A program made the translations under genes and the position numbers. The notes beneath the pieces were generated by a model, which was given only the letters and a program-made list of their open reading frames with translations, did not search any database and was not told where the DNA came from. DNA of 32,393 nt from Nemertoderma westbladi (lineage: Eukaryota > Animalia > Xenacoelomorpha): positions 1 to 32,393 of the forward strand of contig JAUCBJ010003613.1 in the NCBI GenBank assembly GCA_032718475.1. Direction: 5' to 3'. This document shows, piece after piece, positions 22,313-32,393 of the stretch (within the stretch, counting starts at the first letter, position 1; the number at the start of each line of letters is the position of its first letter).

Positions 22313-22496
22313 ACGCATTCGAAGGTAGATCATATGTTACATAATATAATTTAACATGGAATAGTGGTGATATTTAGTTCGCCGATTTGGGTCAAGTTTT
22401 CCCCAATGTCTCACGCAAGCACATGATGTTTTCTAATTTTATTTTTATCAACTTTTTTCAATCGCTTCAATAATAAAAATTTATTTTTTTGCGCAG

Positions 22497-23091
22497 CCCC
22501 TTGTAGTTGGAATACGTTACATTCTCAGTGGTTACAGAGACAACGTTCTAGAACAAGCTGAGGCCATCCAACCAGCATTAAGCGCGCTTTGTAAAGCGGG
22601 GCTAACCTTGGACTTACCGTGCGTTGCAGGCGAATTGGAAGCGGCTTACAATATCGCTAAACGAAACCCCGAGCTTCGCATCGTTATTGATCACATCGGT
22701 AGACCAAACATTAAGACGGGCGAAGACATTCCGGAATGGAAGATAAACATTACGAAACTATCCAAATTACCGAACGTTTATTGTAAGGTATCTGGAATGG
22801 TAACCCAAGCGGATTGGTCCAATTGGAAGACGTCAGATATGCTTGATGCTGCGCGCCACTGCGTGGTTTCATTTGGAATAAATCGCTGTATGTTTGGCAG
22901 TAATTGGCCATTTATGCTTCTCGCAGACACCGACTATCGCAAGGATACGGAGATGATGTTTGATGTCGTCATCATCAATGTTGGACGACGAAGCACTAGT
23001 TGGGGATGTTGAGTCCAGTGGAGGGCATTCCAAGGCAATCGACAAGATATTTCGCGAGAATGGTTGTAGGTTTTATGGAATTAAAATCTAA
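22497..23091 (+). CDS. Amidohydrolase gene, exon 3 (apparent frameshift near 22960-22980)
   Basis: Acceptor ttttttgcgcAG; PLVVGIRYIL...GLTLDL...RIVIDHIGRP...NVYCKVSG...FGINRCMFGSNWP. The family-typical end KIFRENGCRFYGIKI* lies in the +1 frame (TAA at 23089-23091). Confidence 0.88.
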
Positions 23092-24102
23092 CTTTATTGT
23101 CGGGGATTCTGAAGTTCTTCTCTGCCAGACTCTTAACAATTAATTAGTCATGTTGCTTGTATAGTCTATTAGTAATAATTAACACATAAAATATTATATA
23201 AAAATACATGATAGCGATGGGCCACAATACTTCCGTCCCCACCAATGCAATGTACACTTAGCTTGACACTACCGGTAATTAATATGACTGAATTCATGTT
23301 ATTATATTTACTAATTCGGATGCCTACCGTGAGAGGCATAACATTGCAGTTGGAGTTAGGCAAGTATCAATAATTATATTGAACTAATTGAATGTCTGTT
23401 TGCTATGACGGGCATTGAACGGCAACGATAAAATTATTAGAAGACCGTCAGGGCTTCTTGCTGTCAAAAATTTGTCTGTATGTTTGTGCACATTGATATT
23501 GGCTTGGAAGGGTAAGAAGTGCTCTACTTCATGGCCAACTATACAAAGAAATGTATCGATTATTTGGGTTCTTATTTCGGTTATTAATTATTTAAGCGGG
23601 TAAAATTAAGCTCTTGCTGTATAAAAATAGCACAGGTCGATTCGCCGTGTCCCATTCTCACAAAGTTTTTATTATATTCGAGTGTTTAATATAAAGATGT
23701 ATGATTATTTATTGATTGAAAATAAAATAGTGTATAAATATGTAATATTCCCTCACGCAGCCTGAACTTTGCCTATGATAGCGAATAGGGAAGGATTTTC
23801 TCTGTATCATAGCAACGTTGTATAATTATTTAACTCTGGCTAGCTGGGAAGACAGGTAGCAAGCTGGCCGGAGTGTCTCAGTAAATCCAATGGTTGGGGT
23901 GGGTTGTCTATTGAGAACTCCGAACTGGTCATGGCATTAATTCTGCTTTCTCCAAGGCTGCATGGAGGGTGGGAGAGGTTTACATTGATTGCGATTGATA
24001 TTTGATTGGGGATTAGATTATCATTTAGTTTTTCGGTTTTGTTGTCTTATAAACGGTCTTCTTATAGCCAGCTTGCTGGCTTTCTAGTTATATTTTATAG
24101 CG

Positions 24103-24249
24103 TTAACGAGATTTAATCTCTAAAATTCTTCTTTTAATAACTAACTATACTGTAGTTTTCATCAAAGACTGAAAAGTCATTCTATTTTATCACTGAAAAA
24201 TTAATGGGCTTTTCAGCCTCGCGATTTTTAAGTGATGAAATCTCGTTAA
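24103..24249. mobile_element. Small (~147-bp) MITE-like element with ~25-bp imperfect terminal inverted repeats, bounded by TTAA
   Basis: TTAACGAGATTTAATCTCTAAAAT ... ATTTTTAAGTGATGAAATCTCGTTAA. Confidence 0.55.
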
Positions 24250-25079
24250 TACCACTGTTAATCTTGCAACAGAATTGCTTAATTTAATAAAATTTATCGT
24301 GGACTTTTAAATGCCACCTTCCGAAAAGTGGAAGAAATAATTGCGCCTCCACTGATACGCAGCTGAGCACTACTGATGATTAATTAGATTTCACGCAAAT
24401 TGGATGTGACTAATTAATTAAGTTAATTAACAAGAATTAATTAATTAGGTTAATTAGACCCTGTTTATCCCCCGTAAATGGCAGGGCCTTATCCACGTGA
24501 CAATTCTTTGGCCTGAGGCACAAACTGAGTCAGTGTGATGCAAAATTGGTTGTTGAAATTTGGTTAGACACCATCCCAAATCGGTAGAGATCAGCCGTGC
24601 CAGGTGGGTGTAAACGCCGGCAACCATTGTTATGAACAAAGATGAAAATGTAATCCGAATTTTTGACTCTCGTTTATTGTTTTGGTTAGAATCGCCTGCA
24701 ACTGCACCATTCACTCCAAGACTACAGACTCCAATCTCCACTATCCAACCGCTTTAGGCAGTTTCTCAACGCCGTGCTGTTAGGATGCGCCAGTTACTAA
24801 ATCGTTACGATGTTCAGCCTCAGAAACCAGCTTGACAAACCTAGTTCGTGTAAGTTAATATGTTTACTATAATAGTACTTACAGTTTGTTACTGCAATTC
24901 TATTTACTACAGTCGTTTTTTTAACTGTTTTTTTATACAAATATAAATAAATAAATAAAATAGGCCCAAGAAAGTAAATTTTTCATATAATTACTATTTA
25001 TACGAATAAACGAATTCTAACACTAACTAATAGATCTATAATACTAGGCATGGTCCAATACCAACTTGTTTATCTGCTA

Positions 25080-25113
25080 TCGCGAGAGATGTCTAATTAG
25101 ACATCTCTCGCGA
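25080..25113. other. Perfect 34-bp spacerless palindrome
   Basis: TCGCGAGAGATGTCTAA|TTAGACATCTCTCGCGA. Confidence 0.95.
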
Positions 25114-25756
25114 CGGGGGGTATTGATGCTGAACACTGAATTTAAACACAAATTAAATACAATAAACTGCCGCCTCAGTTTATGTGAATTTATTTTGGAT
25201 TTCACTGCCTTGCTTACGCACACCAATGCTCAGTTATGTTTTGTATCGCTCAAATAAATGAAATCGATAGGACCCATTTTTTTCCCTGCTTTAGGCCCGG
25301 TGTATATTAGGGCATATATTAAGTATCATTACAATAAATTAATTCCGCGCAATATATTGAGAAAGATAATTATGCCTTTTTACAGTTAAATTTTTGTCAG
25401 CAGTCATTTGCGATACATGTGAGCAGGAAGAGAAAAAAACGGGAAAAGTTTATTGTTTTGGTTAGAATCACTGACCTGACACTAAGTCTGTTGAACGGTT
25501 TACCGAAATCGATAACCTTCCCATCCCTACCCATAATACATTGCGAATTAAATGACTCAGGTAGTCAGGTCATAATATTATAATTGGGGACTGAAATAAA
25601 GAGTTTTAGACTAATAAATATCTTTAAAATATTATAGAAATTTCAGTTTTTGGCAAATTATTGCAATAATTTTAGTTGCCTAAAGAATTTCAGTTTTGAA
25701 TATTTACAGTTAAGAGTCCCGATTCTGGACTGGTGACGAATGTGCAGAAAAATGTG

Positions 25757-26285
25757 GATGTGATGCTGCCACCGTTGAGGTTCAGCCACAATTGGAGAGT
25801 AGTTTTGGTGCAGCCACCATCGGGGAGTAGATGTGAGGCAGTCACCATTGGGGAGTAGATGAGGTGGAGCGACGATTAGGGAGTAGATGTGATGCAGTCA
25901 CAATTGGGGAGTAGATGTGTTGGAGCCACCATTAGGGAGTAGATGTGATGCAGTCACCATTGGGGAGTAGATGTGTTGGAGCCACCATTAGGGAGTAGAT
26001 GTGATGCAGTCACCATTGGGGAGTAGATGTGTTGGAGCCACCATTAGGGAGTAGATGTGATGCAGTCACCATTGGGGAGTAGATGTGTTGGAGCCACCAT
26101 TAGGGAGTAGATGTGATGCAGTCACCATTGGGGAGTAGATGTGATGCAGTCACCATTGGGGAGTAGATGTGATGCAGCCACCACTGGGGAGTAGATGTGA
26201 TGCAGTCACCATTGGGGAGTATATGTGTTGGAGCCACCATTAGGGAGTAGATGTGATGCAGTCACCATTGGGGAGTAGATAAGGT
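25757..26285. repeat. Minisatellite, 28-bp unit with a 56-bp A/B dimer (GGGAGTAGATGTGATGCAGTCACCATTG / GGGAGTAGATGTGTTGGAGCCACCATTA)
   Basis: About 18 copies are visible, degenerating leftwards. Confidence 0.95.
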
Positions 26286-27473
26286 GGATACAGAACACAG
26301 GGAAATAGACAAAGAAACTGTTAAAATAAGTTAGTCGAAACCGTTTTTTTTTCAAAGTGGAACCAAACTGACAGAAAAAAACATTAACTGCATAATTCCT
26401 CATTATTAAGTTTTTTTGTCGCACTGTGTGGCTTTTAAGCAACGTGTTGTAAAACCACACAAAATCATACAATTTTGGCTTTTTTTTTGTTATATTTCAC
26501 ACAGCTTTGTATTACCAAAAAAACATCAATTAAATTTGTTTCATTAAAATCGCCTTCTTGGTGCAATAAAGGGTTAACAAGTAAGTATATAAATAAAATA
26601 AATAATTTTGCTTCGTTCAATAAAATTGTATTAACGATGAAGATACTAGATAAATGAACATAAGGCAACGACTTCTGGAGGCTACATCGGAGGCACCGTA
26701 AACACAAACGATATACAGACATATAAAACAGTTTGGATTAAAAATAAAGTAAACATATTATATGCTCCAAATATTGTATCTCAATGGACTATTTAAATGG
26801 TCACGTCTATTTATGAAAATAATGCTAGAAGTTTCACAACATGATTTTAGTAAAAGTTTCAGTAAAAAATAATCGTATTATCGATACCGGCATGAAAAGC
26901 TGAATAATTTATGGTACGGATAACACATGACGTCATAATACGATAAACAAATAAACTTTTAATATAATCGCAGTTACAGTATAAAATGTGTCGAACAACG
27001 CCGTTATTTACATTAGAAGAAGGTAAAGGACCTTCTTCTTAGAAAATAAAGTTACTTATACGGCGGAACTGTTGTTAAACACTGTGTAGCGGGTCCATCT
27101 TCTATACTTAATAATAATTTATAAGAAATAGTCAACATTAAGCAGCCTGGGATTCTCCGTTAAAGGTTCGACCCCACTTGACGTACTTCAACTAATTTAA
27201 GAACCTTTCTTACACCACCGGTACAATCGAACCCATTTAAAAGTTTAACAGCAAAATTTTGTCTGCATATTATAAATAAACACTAAATAATTGTCGGTTT
27301 TTAATAATCACACCGTGAACTAGTTACTAGTACAATATATTTAATGTCATTTTGTGTGGAAATTTGAAAAATATAAATCCAAAAATATAATAATGGCCGC
27401 GAATTATAATAATTCCCTACAAATTTGGCGCGATTCACAAAAAACCCGAATATTTCGACGGTTTTTTTAAACA

Positions 27474-28091
27474 TTAAACACTGTAGAGGACGGACGCCGC
27501 GTCGGTGTCGTCGTTGGCGCCCAGCCGCAGGGTGAACAGATCGTGGCAGCGTGCGGCCGGTCCTCGGGAGGAGAACAGGTCCCCGGAGAGATCGCAGATC
27601 GTCTCCAACGCCTCGGATAGGATCTCCGGGGTGGACTTCTCGAGGATTGGTTGCCCGGGGCACCGCGACCTCGTGTAATCCGTCGCGTAGCAACCATCCA
27701 AACAATCCGCGTCGTCGTCCGTCACCATGGTGAACTGCGACGCCACGGAGGGCGGGGCCAATCTGTCGGATAGGACGGGCGCGTATGTGACGTCAGAAGG
27801 GTTCCCATTGGATAACAGAGTATAGGGGAGTCTGTCGACTGTCTCTGCTAGTCTAGACAGCGACTCGGAAGACGACTGACTCGCAGGGGTCGTAGAGTTG
27901 CAGTTTTCGTTTACGTATTGCATATTGTAAACCTCGTTATTGCGATGCGTTTGACTATCTAGACGACTGCAGTCTGTATCGGAGACCTCGGTTCCTGTAA
28001 TCAGTCTGGGTTTAGTGTCTAACGGTTGCTTGGCAGTCTCTAGGTGGTCCCGGTATCTGTGGATATTGCGTGGGCGTTTTGTACTGTCGTT
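27474..28091 (-). CDS. SERTA-domain protein, last coding exon
   Basis: Acceptor ccgttttAG at 28093-28092; open in phase 0 into ORF 27923-27474; Ser/Thr/Asp-rich with an acidic-hydrophobic C-terminus. Confidence 0.75.
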   Translation of the reverse strand, partial: NDSTKRPRNIHRYRDHLETAKQPLDTKPRLITGTEVSDTDCSRLDSQTHRNNEVYNMQYVNENCNSTTPASQSSSESLSRLAETVDRLPYTLLSNGNPSDVTYAPVLSDRLAPPSVASQFTMVTDDDADCLDGCYATDYTRSRCPGQPILEKSTPEILSEALETICDLSGDLFSSRGPAARCHDLFTLRLGANDDTDAASVLYSV

Positions 28092-29846
28092 CTAAAACGG
28101 AATAATAAATCAATTAAAAGTAATTAGTAATAAATTATAAATATATTTCCAACATTTTCAGCTATTTAACATTTTATCCAATATAGATTGTTAGAAGACT
28201 AAATAGGAATAAATATACATTTAGGAATTAAATTAATTATTTCAAGTGATGTATATATATTATTATACAATATATTTATATATTTGTGTAATACTTGGGG
28301 TATATTATAATATTATTAGAAAAAGGAAATATGTATTTAAAAAATGCCTCTACTTTTTAAAAGGAAATATTACATTGAATTTATTTCTATGTCCTGCTGT
28401 TAGCTGATCCATCTGTACCAGCTGTGCTGTAACGGTAACGGGCCTAACTACTTTGTTACGTCCTACATAAGTTATTGGGTCTCGCCATAACATTATATTT
28501 ATTGTTGAATACAATAAAATAATAAATATTTACAATGCGCTAGAAATGTGCGTCTACCGAAAATATGTTACTTTGTTAAGGAAATGACGAATTTTCTATA
28601 ATTCAGAGAATTCAGAGCCAAAATTTGTAAGAAATACAATTTGTGGTATTTTATAACCTGTAGAGTACGAGTACACACAGACAGACACACACACAGTTAT
28701 ACAACGGTCGGTACAGGGTTGATAATTCGGTCAGTCAATATTCCTCGCAAAAATATATAATTAAAATAAAGACTTGGCTTGAATTATACCGTAACCGTAG
28801 TATATTAATCGTTGTAATTAGTCAAGCGAGATAAGTATAAAACCTATATAGTTGCACGCAATCAGTTTATGGCAGTCAACCGATCGGTAGGTTCCGCCTC
28901 ACAGTAGAAGGCATTCCCAAGTGACCAAGCTAGTAAAATAGAGTAAGAGTGATGCCGCAAAAGGAGAATGAAAGGGCAGTGTCCCGAAGAGAGAAGGTGT
29001 GTGCGATAACTATAGCCAATGGGAAGCAGCACTACAAACTAGAGCCATTCGCGTTTCTGTCGGCCGATTTGCAGAACAGGGTGCAATGGGTGACACACGT
29101 GTGTGTGTGTGTATTGGGCTCGGCGAGGTGTGTCGTTATGTGGTTGGGCCCAAATGTGCAGTCTTTGTTAGTTCTCGCTTTGTTCACTACCATTCGCACC
29201 ATCCTGGCGCTGTCTATAACGCGTTCAAATAGGTGTTGGATAGGCCTACTAAGTGTCGAGTGTGTCCAACATATATAGACGACGGTAGGTTCAGGAATAT
29301 CAGGGACAGGGGAGCCACTGGCGCAGTTGTATGTGGTGGAAATAAACGAAGTGGCCGAGCGGAATGCCGTCAGCTGATTACTGATTGCGGTGTCGGATGG
29401 TGTCGGTTCAGCCTATTTTAACATATTAACTTAATTTCGCGAATATTTAATATCGATATTCACCATTTAAGGTACCCTTTAAAGGAAAGTAGCAGGTTAT
29501 AATGGCAGGCTTTTCTAACCAAAACAATAAACGAATAAACTAAGTAAAGGAACACGGTTTACAGTAAAATCTTTACTTCTAGGCACTAATTTTTCTAGCC
29601 CTATGAGAAGGCTGCGACGACACCCCCAATTGGCAATTTGCGAACTGTCTAGGTCTTGGTTGCTGTAGGTATTTTTACTTAACCCGATTGACTAATTAAA
29701 AATTAATTAAAAAGATTAATCAAAATAATAACAAGTGGTGGTAAGAAGACTGTAATAATGCAAGTGATAACCAGACGCCAATACATGGGGTTTCCTAGTA
29801 GTGTAAAGATTGGGAATACATGATGACGAGATGCGAGAAAACTTAC

Positions 29847-30080
29847 CCGAACACCGAGTTCGATGTTTTTGAGGAGATTGCAAATTAGCACGGATCGTCT
29901 GAGGCATGGGGTTGGGGAGACTTCGACTGCGGAGCGCGTGGATGTGGATAGTTTACTAACAGACAACTGGAGTAGAGTGTCCCTGTGTGTGCCGCAAGGG
30001 GTCTCGCAAGGAGGCGAGAGCGGGCGGGGTGGCGAATCCGGTTTGCGTTTTAATCCTCTGGGAGAATCGGTACATGGCAT
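29847..30080 (-). CDS. SERTA-domain transcriptional co-regulator (SERTAD/CDCA4/taranis family), first coding exon; ~283 aa in total
   Basis: RGLKRK followed by RDTLLQLSVSKL...PCLRRSVLICNLLKNIE (SERTA motif). GTAAGT donor at 29846-29841 after 78 codons. An upstream acceptor ttttcAG at 30116-30115 implies a 5' UTR intron. Confidence 0.85.
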
Positions 30081-30607
30081 TGTCGGCTGATGTCACAATA
30101 ATCAGAGAAACCGTCTGAAAAATAAGAGTAGTTGTAAAACTGAAATAAGTAGGCCTAGCTAACCAACCGCAACCATACCAACAAAAATTCAGCAAAATGA
30201 ACATTATGGCCCATGTAAAGTATAACATCTGCAATATTTCATTTCGCATTTTACTTTACCCCCATGTTAAGAATACCAGGTTTCACTAAATACCCAGGTA
30301 ACAGAACGAACCCCCCCCCCCCCATGTTTATAATTTCAATATTATTGTAATGCCTTTATTGGTAAGTAACAAACAACTTAGTTTAATGTTTTGGTTAGGA
30401 AAAAACCGTTACTGAAACCTGTTCTTTTCCCTCAATTGGTAATGACACAGTTTATTGTTAAGATTATAATTATATTCAATAGAATTATGTTCAAAATAAT
30501 AATAATATGTTGTTGATTGTCAGAAGATGAGAATTGTAATACTGAGTAAAATGTTGGCCCATATGACTGTATGAAGTATACCACTCCGCTGTAAAATTTC
30601 GCTTTGC

Positions 30608-30810
30608 AGTTTACCCCGATGTGAAAAATACCAGGTTTTCCCTAAAAACTCAGGTTACACAATGGCTGACCAAAACAATAAACGAATTAGTATCTGTACA
30701 GGCAGACAGGCTATAAGATAGAACAATACAATAAAGCAGCACAATAAAACACAATAAAGCAATTTCGACCGAAAATTGAAAACCTGGTATTTTTCACATG
30801 GGCGTAAACT
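30608..30810. mobile_element. MITE with 33-bp TIRs (31/33 match); related fragments at ~30208-30305 and 30556-30607
   Basis: AGTTTACCCCGATGTGAAAAATACCAGGTTTTC ... GAAAACCTGGTATTTTTCACATGGGCGTAAACT. Confidence 0.75.
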
Positions 30811-31109
30811 ATTACTATAATTATTACCGCTTTATATTTTATTAAATAAAATATACTTACAGAATTTATTAAGATTAAATATTTGTACGCTTCTACTATC
30901 TTGTAATTTAAATTATAATTATTGAATGACCCAATGACCCATAGTTTGGTATAAATTTTAACAATGATAACACAACTTACTGACTTAGAATTAAATGACC
31001 ATTTACATATCAGAGCATAGTAGTTTGGATGGGTATTATGGGATTATAAAGCGTAATACCAATAGTAAAATATACCTGCCCACAACACAAAATGTAATTA
31101 AATAAAATA

Positions 31110-31445
31110 TCAACCAATAGAGAGCCCCCTATTAGAATATAATTCTGCAAAGTCAACTAAAAGGAATTTACCAGGGATAGCTATGAATCATAGATGCAGG
31201 GTTGCCATAGTACCACGCTAACATTATCAACAGAGCTGGTGATTTTAAGCCAAGCAAGCCAACCAAATAGTAGGCAGGCAAAATCAGGCACCAAGCCAGT
31301 CAGTGATGAGCCCTTTTACTATAATACAGCTGAGGTAAAACCTAAGAGCCAATAGAATTCTTGGAACGCCAACATAGTAATAATAGTCCACCAATTACGT
31401 AAAGCTGAGCTGTAGAGGAGGGGTGACGTCAACCTGATTGCATCG
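31110..31445. promoter_or_regulatory. Candidate promoter/enhancer of the SERTA gene: three CCAAT boxes, TTACGTAA and a CRE (TGACGTCA)
   Basis: CCAAT at 31114, 31349 and 31391; TTACGTAA at 31395-31402; TGACGTCA at 31424-31431. Motif clustering only. Confidence 0.4.
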
Positions 31446-31736
31446 GTTGAGTTATTCTTATTATTGTGTCATACAAATAATACTCTCCTCCAATACAAAC
31501 AAATAATGAATGAAGGAGAGAATTGCATGGGGTGGGGGGGGGGGGGGGGGGGGGTATCTAACAATATAATGAATCACTACGACGCCGTCCCATAATAAAC
31601 AACTGTTACCGGTACTACAAGTTTTATACAAATCGTTATCGTATTTATTGAAATTGTAAAAACAAAAGAAAACAAATGCTTTTTCCGGCTGACCCCGAGT
31701 TGTATAATTTGCCGAGTGACCGTTATAGAGCTGAGC

Positions 31737-31990
31737 GGCCCATGTGAAGAATACCAGACTTTCTGCCGTTATATTTCACTTTGCAGTTACTGTTTTGGTT
31801 TTCACCAAAAACCACAGGTTACAGAAGGGCTGAATTTAATCAAAACAATAAACGAATTATTAGATGTACAGGTTATAAGACAGAAATAAGCGCCATAAAA
31901 CAATTAATTAAAAAAAAAAAAAAATCTTCTTATAAAATTCCAATAAAAAGTCGACCGAAAAGTGAAATCCTGGTATTCTTTACATGGGCG
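31737..31990. mobile_element. MITE, 254 bp, 20-bp TIRs, 8-bp TSD AGCTGAGC
   Basis: GCCCATGTGAAGAATACCAG / CTGGTATTCTTTACATGGGC (19/20). AGCTGAGC at 31729-31736 and 31991-31998. An inverted partial copy follows at ~32011-32070. Confidence 0.8.
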
Positions 31991-32085
31991 AGCTGAGCCG
32001 TTAGCAAGCGAGGCCATGTCAAGAATATCAGGTTTTCAATTTTTGGTCGAATTTTATTGAAATTTTATACGCAACAAATTATTTG

Positions 32086-32393
32086 ACCACCAAATTGGAT
32101 ACCTTTTTGCATCAAATCGATTAGTTAAAAAAAATCACTTTTCCACCAAAATAGCTCACTTCTACACCAAAACGTATCACCTAAATTTTCAAACGACTTT
32201 CTGTTTTCATACTCTGTGATATGTGGTATACTATTTGGTGGTAAAGTGATATTGGTGACAAAGCGATATTATTTGGTGCAATTATAACCTATTTGGTGCA
32301 TAACAAATATATATATTGGTGAAAAACATGTTGGTGAAAAATGTCAAATAATTTGGTGTTTTCTGATATTATTTGGTGCACAATGATTTATTT
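32086..32393. repeat. Inverted arrays of short repeats (CACCAAA facing TTTGGTG), foldback-like element, truncated by the window end
   Basis: About 4 CACC(A/T)AA copies at 32086-32187 and about 9 TTGGTG copies at 32234-32380. Confidence 0.55.

Noticed and set aside
20925-23091. Bacterial contamination
   Set aside because: Canonical GT-AG introns, an intronic MITE shared with the rest of the window, and eukaryotic neighbours.
28949-29421. ORFs in the SERTA gene intron
   Set aside because: Non-ATG or weak starts, a GT microsatellite inside, and no motif.
29703-29846. Hydrophobic C-terminal tail of the 125-aa SERTA ORF (apparent TM helix)
   Set aside because: It lies past a perfect GTAAGT donor and is intron read-through.

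Overview
Eukaryotic (invertebrate-animal-like) AT-rich genomic DNA with spliceosomal introns. From left to right: a G-rich 33-bp minisatellite (1-2275); a nest of non-autonomous repeats (~3366-5126, resuming at 17732-20520); a 12.6-kb BEL/Pao-type LTR retrotransposon on the minus strand (5127-17731) inserted into that nest; a 3-exon amidohydrolase_2 (L-fuconolactonase-like) gene on + (20925-23091); a 28-bp minisatellite; a SERTA-domain gene with two coding exons on - (30080-27474) and a candidate promoter; and several MITEs. The retrotransposon has ~1.16-kb LTRs about 98% identical by manual alignment and a 5-bp TSD (ATGTG/ATGCG), and is the most unusual object here. It keeps Gag and protease, but RT, the RNase H core and the integrase core are removed by in-frame deletions. 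It has stacked palindromes instead of a tRNA primer-binding site, a Gag/PR stop in a readthrough-like context, a long Gag N-terminal extension, and an unrecognised ~515-aa non-env ORF in the env position. Several 1-2 nt frameshifts, including one in a host gene, may be consensus errors. All calls are by eye; no searches were run.
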